Origin: Epiperipatus broadwayi
Lineage: Eukaryota; Animalia; Onychophora
Length of the DNA: 64,000 nucleotides
Direction of reading: 5' to 3'
Assembly (NCBI GenBank): GCA_028023455.1
Contig: JAQFVV010000008.1
Coordinates: 13,764,001 to 13,828,000 of the forward strand
The position numbers and the translations under genes were made by a program. The notes beneath the pieces were generated by a model that was given only the letters and a program-made list of their open reading frames with translations, was not told the DNA's origin and ran no database searches. Shown piece by piece: positions 1 to 12,544 of the stretch (positions are counted from its first letter, which is position 1; every line of letters starts with the position of its first letter).

Positions 1-137
1 CACATGACTTATATATAGCTTGCACTTACAAATATGTAAAATTAAGAGCGTGCTAATAGCTCAAACAAGCTTTTTTTTTTTATTTATGATAAATGCTACT
101 ACAAGAGAAGGCATTCAAATCATTTTTATCTTGGATT

Positions 138-193
138 GTCCCCATCCCCAGACCGGTTTCGACCTATGGGTCTCTTCAGTGAGGAGTTGGGAC
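138..193 (-). ncRNA. Type I hammerhead ribozyme (minimal form, palindromic stem III), copy 1
   Basis: Minus strand reads GUCCCAACUCCUCA-CUGAAGA-GACC CAUA GGUC-GAAA-CCGG-UC/UGGGGAUGGGGAC. Canonical CUGANGA and GAAA core, 4-bp stem II, stem I CCUCA/UGGGG extended by GUCCC/GGGAC, GUC triplet. Predicted cut between 151 and 150. Confidence 0.88.
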
Positions 194-560
194 ATTAGAT
201 CTAAAAAACCAACTCAAGCAAAGCATTTATCTAAAAGATAATTGTTAGAAGAAGATCTGAAACTTTTAGACATCTACATGTCTTTAAAGTCAGCTCTCCA
301 ACTGAAAAAATCATATGGTCCTGAGCTTAATTCAGATACTCCATATATTAGTAGGCTTAGCTCTTTAATTTAGCTAAAGCCACAACAGCAAAATAATAAT
401 ACTAATAATAACAAGTCAGATGTCACATGACTTATATATAGCTTGCACTTACAAATATGTAAAATTAAGAGCATGCTAATAGCTCTAAACAAGCTTTTTT
501 TTTTATTTATGATAAATGCTACTACAAGAGAAGGCATTCAAATCATTTTTATCTTGGATT

Positions 561-616
561 GTCCCCATCCCCAGACCGGTTTCGACCTATGGGTCTCTTC
601 AGTGAGGAGTTGGGAC
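561..616 (-). ncRNA. Type I hammerhead ribozyme, copy 2
   Basis: Same sequence as copy 1; predicted cut between 574 and 573. Confidence 0.88.
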
Positions 617-980
617 ATTAGATCTAAAAAACCAACTCAAGCAAAGCATTTATCTAAAAGATAATTGTTAGAAGATCTGAAACTTTTAGACATCTACATG
701 TCTTTAAAGTCAGCTCTCCAACTGAAAAAATCATATGGGCCTGAACTTAATTCAGATACTCCATATATTAGTAGGCTTAGCTCTTTAATTTAGCTAAAGC
801 CACAACAGCAAAATAATAATAGTAATAATAACAAGTCAGATGTCACATGACTTATATATAGCTTGCACTTACAAATATGTAAAATTAAGAGCGTGCTAAT
901 AGCTCTAAACAAACTTTTTTTTTTATTTATGATAAATGCTACTACAAGAGAAGGCATTCAAATCATTTTTATCTTGGATT

Positions 981-1007
981 GTCCCCATCCCCAGACCAGT
1001 TTCGACC
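981..1007 (-). ncRNA. Truncated hammerhead (3' half only), copy 3
   Basis: Minus strand GGUC-GAAA-CUGG-UC-UGGGGAUGGGGAC. CUGAAGA and the 5' strands of stems I and II are missing, and the stem III palindrome is mutated (ACCGGT to ACTGGT). Confidence 0.7.
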
Positions 1008-4000
1008 GAAATTTTAATTCGTAAGCCAGTATTTAACACTGTTTTATTTTACTTTTTTACAAACAGAAAGACCAACAGATTTAACTATAAGTTACGTTAA
1101 AATTTAACGCTATAATAACTTATTACTTTTATTTGTAAAACCTCCGACCATTTATATACGCATATATATAGCGTGTGACCTACTCCCTCACTCATTCGTT
1201 TAATAATTTTTATATATACTTTATTACTATTTTAATTGCATATGTTGACACAGTTTTTTACTCAGTTTAAACGGCAACTTTACTTATCCAATAAAACGAA
1301 AATGTTAGCGACTCGGTTTAAAGTGAAAATTGTTAAGCAATTATTAAGATAAAGGAATATGTACTCTATATAACAAAATATCAACAGTCAATATATTACA
1401 TGTATACTTACTTAAAATAACTTTTTTTTTCTATTTTACTTATACAGTATATTTATAGAATACAGTGTGAACATTTGATTTATTGCTAACAATTTGAATC
1501 ATAAATATATATTAAATATCTGTCGCAACAAAGAATAACACTATCATTTTGGATCTGCAGATTACTGAGTAAAATATTTTAAATTATTTAAGAATAACTT
1601 TCAAAACAAATATATAGCAAACTAAGCGTGTTCATTTGTATGGCATATTAATTACACTATATATCTAAAAAGAAAAAACAACTAACGATCGAATTTTATA
1701 TAACTTCTTTTATGTATATATAGTCAACATTTCATTTAGTTTTTACTTACACCTACATTAAGTTTATATATACATACGGCACGTAATATATTTTTACCGT
1801 AATTTTCACATTTATATAATTTAACTTGTTCTTTCCTTAATCGTACCATTTTTACATTTAAACCACGTGTGGCGCCAGTTTTACTGTACCAGTCCATACT
1901 CCCTGCGGAATTCTTTTCCTAATCTTGCACTGAGCATGAAGTGACCAAGATTCAACAGGTAAAGAAATGGATATCAATCTAGCCGATTGTCTGTACTCAT
2001 GTATATTGGTACTTCCAGCTAAATTGATAGAAAGAGTGGATTGACAGGACTCTTCCAGTTAAAAACACCCTTTAGTTGATATCTTATTTGAATGCCCGAA
2101 TATTTAGAACAATGGCAAGTACACACCTTTGAAAAATCTATTTACAAAATAGACTTTTGCGCGCCACTTCTAGAAAAGAATCAAAAAATGAATTTTTCAC
2201 CCTCCTAGAAGGATGTGCAATACCATATGTTCAGCGGAGCATAAGAATAAGATTTAACACCCCGGTAGAGCGATATCCCTTTGTGGCTAGCTCAGTCACT
2301 CTACAATCTAGGGTCTTCAAATGGGTAAGTTAAATGATTATTACCGGTACGTGGTTGATAAGGAAAGAATACATTTTGATCAATATAAATAATAATATGA
2401 AAACGAAACAAGTTTAATATTATGATTAAATATTTATTTAATCCCAAATACCCACCACCGTTTCATACTAATGATGATATAATAACAAAATACTAAATAA
2501 TTAATTATCCCAAACCATATATATTCGAGGCGTTGAAATAGATAAAATACAATTTTAAATAAGAAAAATAATAAATCCCTAAAGCTATTTACAATGTTTA
2601 TAAGTAATGGAAGTGGTCTGAGCTCTTTTTACCCAATAGAAATAAATTTTACTTTGTGTGATTTGATATACAGATATGAGATTTTCGGTCATACAGGCAT
2701 ACGCTTTTACTGATAACTTTAAAACCTTTTTATTGATAGCAAATAATAATAAAAAAAGACAACTATGCATAGGTATATTTGCAATATGAGATATTTCACT
2801 AATTTCATACTTTTCAACAAGTCAACAAGGTTGCATTGGCTCAGATACTATATCGTACTCACCATAAGGTACTGTATCTATTTCCTTCTTGCTATAGATA
2901 AATTCCTGTACATGTATATACGCGCATCACAATTATACACTTACTATTACTTTAAATATAAAGTTATTAGAGTACTTGCTTACAGGGAATCTATAATAGA
3001 TCAATCCCTTCTTGCACGCATCATAAGGTGCAGCAGTAACAAAAAAAATAACTTAAAAAGGATATACGGTTAAATACATTTTTAGATATTCAGCATGAGA
3101 TATCGTATTTACCGAATATTATAAGCGTATGTACGCATATACATACATGTATATCCATATATGACGAATTCCAGGAGTAACAACAAGAGGAAAATGAATA
3201 GCAACAACAACAAAAAAATCTCATTGCAATCTTTGTTGAAAATACTAGAATTTGAAATAGAAAAATTGACTCAAAGGATTTAAGTAAAAGCTTTATCATT
3301 TATGCCCGTAATAACCGTAAATTCATATACATATGCGAGAGACTCTCTCTCTTTTTTAAATGATTAATAATAATAACAAAAAATAATATATTTAATCGGA
3401 AATATCAAAGTTAATTATTTCAATATTAATAAATATCTTAAAATAAACTTATATCTGCGTCTTCATTCTTCTCCTCTGGGCTCTGAGTGGGCTTCAAGTT
3501 AACTGGCTGTGTGGTGAAGATTTCATCCATTTAGCAAGGCGGCATTTGTCATCATCATGGGCGGCTGGAATTGGCGTGGTCACATCTTGGCGGCTTGGGA
3601 CAGAGAAAGGGCGGTGCACCGGCTAGTTGTCTACCCCACGGTCATTTTGCTGGAATCTCTAGTATATTGCTTCATATCTTCTTTTTTTATATATCTAATA
3701 ATAATTAGGATTATTAATAAATTTTCATAAGCTGTCTCCAATGGTTACTCGAATCCACAAAGACAAGAGTTCTTAAAAGAACTGTATAATGGATTTGTTC
3801 TTAAGAATGTCACTAATAGTCCTATTCGTAAATGAATCTCTAAGTAGCTGGTTGCTTGGAGAATTCTGGAGCCACAAAAAGAATGACTTGCCCAGAATGG
3901 CTGCCAAAGAAAGAATGAATCCCACAGCACTATCAATCCCACTAATAAGAACCAATTCAGATATCCCTCTGAGAAGAATGAATCAGCCAATCCTTTTAAT

Positions 4001-4439
4001 TTAGCTTATCACTTAGATTGCAAACATTCCTTTATATTTTTCCGATTAAATTCTACATTTTAAGTTTGACATCCATCTTGAATAACCCAGACCACTTGCT
4101 TACAAAATCAATTCAAAAGAATTTTTTTTAAAGAGATAACAGTTTAATTATAGCATTATCAAACCTTTTGCTTTTGATCAGATTTTTGCAAAAGCAATTA
4201 ACATTACTTGCTTATGGAATAAAATTACAATCTTTAGAAAAGTAATTAAAAAAAATGTACAAGTATGTTGGAAAAAAAAAAAAACAAATACATATAATGA
4301 CATATCATAAAAAATATACAAAAAGGAAAAACAAAAATAAAAAAATACATGAGTTTATTATACGTGTACAATATTTAAAATTGTGTGTGTGGGTATTCTA
4401 CTGTTCAGACCGAACCTCCATTATTAATCTAGCACATTT

Positions 4440-6500
4440 TTATATTTGTTGTGCTTAATACAGACTTTGTGCAAGGCCATTTGATAATGCCTGGCACAAT
4501 ATGTTCATTGGTATATACTTGGTCTGCTATGGTGGACACTTTTTTCTTTTCTAACCATTAGTTTGTGTTCTTTCATTCACTGTTCAATAGGGCAACAGGT
4601 CTCACCAATATACTTCCTTCCACATTCACATAGTATTTCATAGATGCAGTTTTTCTTGTTTAGACATTGTAGAAGTTAGAATTCCTCAAATTTTATGATA
4701 TGGCTTTGAAAAACTGTTCTAATGTTGTATTGATTGCAGATTTTCTTTAATTTGTCTGCTATTCCTGATATGCATGGATATACTAAAGGATCAATAATTG
4801 TTTTTCTTTTTGGTGTCTTTGTTGTTTATTAAAGGATTTTCTTGATGGCAGCTGAAGGATAACCATTCTTCATGAGAGCTTGTTCTATGTAGATCTTTTC
4901 ACTTTCCAAATCATTAGTGTCTGAACAAACTTCCTTTGCCTTGTTCCATGGTAATAGTATAATCTATGTTTTATGCTTCTGGTGTTATTGGATGTATATG
5001 TCAATCACTTATCAGTGTTTGTTGATTTCATATAAACTGTTGTTTTACTTTTCCATGAGGGAATCTTGTCATAAAAACATCTAAGAATGCCAATTTTTGT
5101 GCTTATTCTGATTCCATTGTGAATTTAATTAAAGGGGATACATTGTTCATGTGTATACAGAATGATTGTAATCATACTTCACCATGCAACCATACAACAA
5201 ATGTATCTTCAACATAGCAAAATTACACTTTAGTTGAAAATGGAGTAATATTCATGTCTGCAATTCCAAGTCTTCTATGTAAATGTTGCTAAGAAAAAAT
5301 GACAGCTGTGAGCCCATGATCATTCCTTGATTTCATTGAAAGAATTCTGAATTATATTGAAAATTTGTCATTGTTATGCAAAAAGTTAATAATTCCATTA
5401 TACTATCAATAGGTAGAGTTGTTCTGATTTGTAGACTACTATCATCATATAACCTTTCATTACAATAGACAATGCTTCATCACATAGTACATTTGTGAAT
5501 AAATACTCTATATCAAAGCTTACCAATATGTCAGTTCTTTCAATTTCTCTATCCTTGACTAATTCTAGAAAGTGCTTAGAATTCCTGATGAAGGACTGTA
5601 TCTCATATGCCAAAGGACTAACAATTTTGAGAAGAAATCTTGACGAGTTTTGACCCTGTGAATTTCTAGAACTAACAATAGGTCTTAATGAAACATTGTC
5701 TTTTATGGATTTTAGGTAATCGATAATGATGAGGAATTTTGCTAAATACAATGAGGAATTTTGCCAAAATACAATGTTAATTTCCTTTTTTTCTAATCAC
5801 TAAAATACCCACAATGTTTTTGGAGTAATGTTTGTAACTTTATTTCTGTATTTCAAATCAGATTTTTTTGCCACTTTACTGTATTGGTCTGCTATGAAAA
5901 GTTCTTGTATTTTATTATCATAATTCAGTTGTATCTATTAACAACTGTGTTGTTACTTTTGTCAGCAAGGACAAAGATTATAGATGTATCCTGTTTGAGA
6001 GATTTAACAGCTTTTTTCTCATCATATGAAATGTTTGATTTCTGCTTTTGATGTCTCTCAAGTGTTCTTTTAACTCTCCAGTGTAGTTCTGCTACTTTTT
6101 CTACAGGCAATGTTTGGGTGACTTCCTCAGTGGCTGCCATTATATCTAATAATGGATTCTTTTAACTCTCCAGTGTAGTTCTGCTACTTTTTCTACAGGC
6201 AATATTTGGGTGACTTCCTCAGTGGCTGCCATTATATCTAATAATGGGATTGTAGTTGGCATAATGGCTAAGTTTAAATCTTTTCCAAGAACAGACAATT
6301 CAGCATCCGTAAGATATTTAGAGCTAAGATTTTTAACTAACAAAGTTGATTGTTTGTTATAGTATGACTTTTGATGTGCCCATGTAGATTTACAAGTTTT
6401 TTTTTTCTGTATAAGTTTTTTCTTCTGGCATTCTTTTATTCTTTAATGTAATTTAGAATATGATCTTTTCACCATTTGGTAAACTCTTGTGAAGTCTTCA
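4440..6500 (-). mobile_element. Decayed Penelope-like element (PLE): N-terminal region, RT and GIY-YIG endonuclease, with many stops and frameshifts
   Basis: Minus-strand translations: NLSSKYLTDAELSVLGKDLNLA (N-terminus); LRPIVSS...DILVSFDIEYLFTNV (RT, ORF 5398-5751); GMIMGSQLS; YVEDTFVVW (YVDD equivalent); IKFTMESE...LAFLDV (thumb); NCIYEILCECGRKYIGET (GIY-YIG, ~4599-4655). Confidence 0.9.
6065..6247. repeat. 92-bp tandem duplication inside the Penelope ORF
   Basis: TTCTTTTAACTCTCCAGTG...TATATCTAATAATGG at 6065 and 6157, near-identical; explains the duplicated MAATEEVTQ..LPVEKVAELHWRVKR peptide in two ORF calls. Confidence 0.9.
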
Positions 6501-7295
6501 TCAGTAAGTTTATTTCTTAGAAAATATTCCACATTTCTAATGAAATATATGTTTGAGTGGGAAAATACAAAAATATTAGATAGAGAAGAAAAGATGCAAA
6601 TAATAAAATTTAAAGAAGCTCCTCATAAGCAAATAATCCTATAAGTCAACCCAATCAACTTTGCTCTTGGAAAAAAGTATATAAAAAAATTGGGGGAATC
6701 AGGAGGACTTGAACCAACCCTCACATATAAGTATATGAAATTTCTACAAACAGTTGCCTTTGATAGAATAGCTGAGTTGATTAGGGTTTCGTTAAAATTC
6801 AATATTCAAAAATTAAAAGGTGTAAGTTTGATTCCTATGCTAATATTGTCACTGATCATATCAGCAACATCCGAAGAAGAGTGGAAAATACTACTATTTG
6901 AAATATATAATTACTAACCTGTATTGTCTATTAATGTGTTATTACTAACAAGTTGTTTGTATTTGATAAGTTTAAATAAAGTTTAAAATTTTCTAGATAT
7001 TCAACATTTAATCACATTTCACATACCATCATCACAAACATTTAGTAAATTCTTAATATCAGGTGGCACAAATTCATATTCTTAAAAATTTTCAGTATTT
7101 TTGAAGCTAACATATCACCACTGTAATTCAAAATTTCTCCAGATAATTCATCAGGACTAACGGTCTTCCCATTTTTAAGATTACACAGAACTATTTGCCT
7201 TCTTTAAGCTGGATATTTTGTCCAAATCTAAATGAGTAGATAAAATGAAAATATCCCTAAAAATCATCAACTCAATACCTACACAATTATTTAAA

Positions 7296-8016
7296 ATACT
7301 TTCATTAAATGATTTTGTGTCAAAGTTGTGAGGGCAACACATTTAACACTTATCAAATAAACTATAGTAATTTGCTATCTATATATAATAAACAATGATA
7401 ATATGTGTAAAGGATTGTGGTCTGGGCCAAGTGATGAGTGCTGGTTCAGCACAAAATACATATCTTGGGGATCATAGATATTTTTCACATGTCTTTGGTC
7501 ATATGTTTTTGATTACATCTTTCCACAAGGTGTTAAAAACAGATAGAAACCAGTCCCTACTTTGCATGAGAGTGGTATAGTGAATATTATATTACAGTAA
7601 TATTATTCGTTATTGGATAATCTCTAGACTAATGAATGACTAGTAAAATTTATTAATATACTTTCATTAAATAATTTATGTCAAAGTTGTGAGGGCACAT
7701 TTGATGTTTATCAAATAAACTGTGGTAATTTTCTATCTAGATATATTAAACTATGATAAAGATATATGTAAGAGATTGTGGCCTGGCCCAATTAATGAAT
7801 GCCGGTTCAGCATGAAATGCACATCTGGGGATTATAATCTTTTTCACATATCTTTGGTCATACAATTATGATTACATCCCTCCACAATATGTTAAAAGTG
7901 GATAGAAACCAGTCTCTACCTTACATGAGTGGTGTAGTGAAAATTACACTACAGAAATATTCATTATTGGATAGTCTCTATTCTAATGAATGACTAATAA
8001 AATGTATTAATATACT
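7296..8016. repeat. Diverged tandem duplication, unit ~355-362 bp (2 copies)
   Basis: ATACTTTCATTAAAT at 7296 and 7658, with ATACT again at 8012; colinear blocks GTCAAAGTTGTGAGGGCA, GGTTCAGCA, TCTTTGGTCATA, GATAGAAACCAGTC, CTAATGAATGACTA; roughly 75-80% identity by eye. Confidence 0.85.
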
Positions 8017-8029
8017 CTTTCTACCTATT

Positions 8030-9330
8030 CAAAATATCATCGTCATCATATAAGAGAGTGTCCTTGCTGGAATTAATAGAATTGTAATACCATTTTTCAG
8101 GTCTGTATGTTGCTTTCAGAGCATCAAAAAAAAAAATCTAGTGACCATGATCAGAAAATATTACCTTCTTTGTATTTTTAATCCATCAATCATTTTTAAG
8201 CCATCTCATTAATCATTGAACTTTTTCTCCATCTCTATATTTAATATAAAGTTCCACATTTAATTTATTATTCTGCCAAACAGAAAATGGCACTATCCTT
8301 TTAATCACATTATTAATAATAAGATCATTGTCAGAAACAGTCATCATTCTTCTTTTTAGTGAACTCATGAATAGACTTACTTGTATCTATGACCTACTCC
8401 TTAAGAGATTTTTCATATTTCAGTAATATGACAAACCTCAAAGTTCAAATTACCATTTTTAGTGTTTAATAGCTATTGAAATTTAATATGTATAGTAAAT
8501 ATTTCTGAAAAACAAAATATAATTTTCTTGTGAATATATTTGGAATAAAATCTATTTTTTAATCTATCTATTATTTTAATTTTGGAATATACTAATTTAT
8601 GATCTTGTTCAACAGTCTGCACTTATAAGTGCTCATGTAATATGAACTCTTGCATTCTGACTCCTAACTATAATGCAATCTATTAAATACTATTGTTTTG
8701 AACATGGACACATCAATGTTTTTATAGTGGTTTTTCTGTCTAAACAAAGTGTTTATAATAGTCAATCCATACATTGTACAAAAATTCAATAATATACCAT
8801 TCAAATTTACAGCACCAATACCATTATTTCTAATAATTTTTGGCCAAAGTCTATTTGTACTAACAAATGTGTTAAGTTTCTGAGAGAGAAAATTGACTTT
8901 AACTACTAATATTGCTATAATATATAGGTATATGAGCACAGACTTTTACATGACCTGTCACTATCCAGCAAAAATAAATTTTATTTTAAATTCCTCTGAA
9001 TCTAAGGTTGGAGTTAAGGCACTAATAAAATAAGCAATGTGAGTTTCAATATCATTAGCCTTTCATTGGTAAAATGAGAAATTTCAAAAATAGAAGATAC
9101 TAAATAAGACTTTACAACATATCTAGCACTAAGCATTCTCCTTTCATTAACTGAGTTATCCTTCAAAAAACATATAACCATCCACCTGTTTTATGAAACT
9201 TCTTTCCTCTGGAAAATGAATTTCACTTAGAGCAGCTACAATGACCTTAAATCTTGAGAGCTTCTTAAATACCAGTGCAGTCCTGTGTTCTGATCTAAAA
9301 GAATTTGTATCAATTGTAACAGTAGCTGAG
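8030..9330 (-). mobile_element. Decayed RTE-clade (BovB/Expander-like) LINE: APE endonuclease and linker, RT absent
   Basis: RSEHRTALVFKKLSRFKVIVAALSEIHFPEE...GYMFF matches the RTE APE N-terminus; NGIGAVNLNGILLNFCTMYGLTIINTLFRQK is the APE core; FFDALKATYRP...LLYDDDDILNR at ~8040-8140 resembles the RTE linker. Confidence 0.8.
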
Positions 9331-12307
9331 TTCGAATATGGGTAGTAAAGAAAGTAAAAGGCAATAATGATTACAAAAGAGTGTTTATCGCGATTGTTAT
9401 TATGGATTAAATTAATAGATGCGAGAAAATTTACAGATATACATTCAAATCTTGTTACAAAAGAGTGTGAGTGAAATACATTAACCATTTAAAGGCATGA
9501 ATGTACACATATATATTTATTACACATGTTGTTGTGATGTTGCATAGAATTAATTACTAACAGATAGATTTATATGTGAAGATGAAGAGGAGCGGTTATG
9601 TGCGGAGTTGTATTTTTATATATTTTTTGTTTTATATAATTTTGTTGTTTATTATAGTAAGTTATAGTCATTTAAATAATGTCATTAGTAGTGCATGTTT
9701 CTTAATGAAAGCAAATTAAAATATAAAATATAAGGCTGGAGAGTAATAAAAGGGGTTGCAAGTTGTGCCACCGGCGATTTCTGTTAATGACACTTGTTAG
9801 AATTCCAAGAATTGGCCACTAAGTATTTTGGAACAATAGAAACCTGATCATGCTAAAAGTATTCCTAAGCTAATGTTCATCGGCATATAGATAAAAAAAA
9901 AAGTGAGGTGAAAGAGAGATAAAAAAAAAGAACTATATTATTATTTTTTTTTTGATTTTGTAGTGATTCGAAAAAGTGACTGTTATAGAGAAAGAAGCGC
10001 AGAAAATAAATTTTAATAAAGTGATTTTATTAATTAATAAGAATGGACTCCATTGAAATGCTGGGGTAAAAGAATCATGTGGATTCATTAAACTGGCCCA
10101 GTGGACAGTTATTTTGTGACCTGCCTGACCTTTACGTATGGAGATTTTAGCCATCTATTTCAAGCAAGGGAAATGATCACGGAACTCCAAATAGCAAAAA
10201 CTTTCATGCACTCAATTTTAAATCACCTACCTAACCTCTAGGAAGGATTATCATATATGAAAATGTTATGGAATCTTTCATCATCTTCCAGACCAACAAT
10301 TCTCACTAGGACAATCGCCATTGTAATACTGTAAGCTTACAGATCATCCACCTTAAAAATGTGAACGTTCACTCTCAAATGAGGTAACTTTGACTTTCTT
10401 TATATATATTAAATGAACATATAATAAATTAAGAAATGTGTGCTTTGTCCTAACTTAAAGAAAGTAATTATAGAAATAGATTAAAACATTTAATAAATAC
10501 AACTCTGATGTATAATTGCACTCTTTCATGAATGTGTATATTGATATTATATACATGTATCGGAATGAATGTCATATGTTTGAGATATTAATATATACGT
10601 ATATTAATAAATCTTAGAATTTAAACTATAACTTGTGTATTTATTTGAATTACAAGATTCCTATAACTTCTGGGTTATTATTTTTAAAAGCTTACCGATA
10701 TTCATGACCGTATATTTCTAAAAAAAATAAAATAATAAGATTCATAGGGCAGATAGAAAAAATATGAAAGTATATAAATGATGTTTCTTTGCAAGATAAC
10801 TTTGGCTTCATTCTCCGATAGATATTGTCTCCCAGACCTTGTGACTGAGTTAGTCTGGATAAGGCACCCAAAAAGGACCCACTGGACCTTTTCTTTTGTT
10901 TTCGATGGGTATAATTCTTATTAATTGATAAGTTGGTGCTTGAGATTGGACTTGTTCGGTGCTCAAAAATATTTCTACTCGAAGCACGGGTAATAACCTG
11001 TTCTCACTTAAATTCTTAGAATAGAATCACAGGTAGACTGTGAAACAAGTAAAGTTGAACATTATATTTTAAAAAAAAAATTTATAATATTCATCTTTTA
11101 GTACACTCCCCCCTGTGTTCTGCTTTACTACTATTACTAATATCATTTTTACTACTATAACAAGCAATCTTCTAAACATGACAACCTATCCAGACTATGT
11201 GAGACAGACCATTTTTAAAATTTTTGTAGGTCTTTTTCTACATCCAAAGTAGGCAGAACACGCAATCTTTACCAAATAAAACTCCTGTTGTAAATCCAGT
11301 TCCAAACAGACTCATTAATGATTGCACTACCTCAAGAAAAGATCATAACAAAGGGCTGACGTTTTACAAAGCCTGTCCCAATCATTGCTTTCTTAATAGT
11401 GAAGAGCTTGAAAAAGAAAATTGGAGACAGAAATGCTGGGTGTGTAATTAAAGAATGAATGTATGGACAAAATCAAAATCCCATTGTCACAATTAATACA
11501 AGAAGATAAATTGATGGCATAAGAGCCAGCCCTAAACTAACTTAAAATTATTTAAGAAAGAAAAAGAGGGCAGCAGAAAAGACTGTCTGTATCTGAACCT
11601 TTGTCGAACTAACATTCTATCCTATAAGGTAACAGGTAGTAATCTTGGTCAAGTACTGTTTATTTGTATTCACATTTGACTTTCATATCGAAAGGTCATT
11701 CCATTACTCCTACCTGTAAAGCCTATTGGTAGATTGAGCTATTTATAAAACATTTCAAAATTAAAAATTAAAACACATTATTTGTAAACTCTCTGGTTGA
11801 TCAATACTTAATTAAGAAACAAATTCATTAATAAAATCCCATCATCTTGCATGGGATGACCATACATTTATTGTCTTTAATATCTTTCTGAGTTTAACCT
11901 ATTATTATTTATTTAAAGCAAACTTCAACCAAAAACTTTTTTTATGATTGTCTTTTATTTTAGAATTGTTAAAAACACTTGAACTGTGACAATGCTAAAA
12001 TAAGCATTTAACTAAGTATTGGTTATAACATTATTGATACATATGTGTGCATAGAACTAATTTGAATTCCTGATATCAAAACACAGAGTATATTAGACCT
12101 ATTGAAAAAAAAAAAAAAACAAGGAAAATGAAACGGTTAAAACCATTAAATACATAATAAAAAAACAATAATCATTCATAATTTCCTCTTCATTTTATCT
12201 TTATATTCTCTTCTAATTCCAAAAGCTATTATATAAGGCAATTAGTAAAATCAATTAATTCCTAACAGAATTATTTAGCTAATTCACCATTTGTCTATTA
12301 AAAGAAT

Positions 12308-12544
12308 CTAATATATGCAGTTTGCACAGATAAGCGGAATTTTTAATTTATTAAAATATAGCTATTAAATTAAAGAGCTGAGCGCTTTCAAGAGACTACT
12401 TGCTCTCATACAGCTGAGTATGAGAGCAAGTAGTCTCTTGAAAGCGCTCAGCTCTTTAATTTAATAGCTTTATATTTTAATAAATTAAAAATTTCGCTTT
12501 ATTCTAGCATCATTATCTGTGCAAACAGCGCATATATATATTAG
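12308..12544. repeat. Long foldback palindrome (hairpin)
   Basis: Arms 12334-12411 and 12418-12497 around the loop AGCTGA. The inner 51 bp (12361-12411 vs 12418-12468) are perfectly complementary. Outer extension GTTTGCACAGATAA/TTATCTGTGCAAAC and CTAATATAT/ATATATTAG, with a 15-nt segment present only in the right arm. Confidence 0.95.

Larger units (their letters stand above)
1..1007 (-). repeat. Tandem array of a ~420-bp unit (2.4 copies visible, may continue left of the window); each unit carries a hammerhead ribozyme, retrozyme or Penelope pLTR-like
   Basis: Unit start CACATGACTTATATATAGC at 1, 424 and 844 (periods 423 and 420 bp), copies differ at only a few positions. The third copy breaks off at 1007 inside the ribozyme. 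Confidence 0.95.

Noticed and set aside
20-664. Duplicated 73-aa ORFs in the tandem array
   Set aside because: Non-ATG starts, a poly-T-derived FFFLF run and no recognisable domain; they are by-products of the repeat.
3440-4200. Possible decayed non-LTR 3' region (SCLCGFE zinc-knuckle-like peptide)
   Set aside because: Motif matches are too short and broken to assign.
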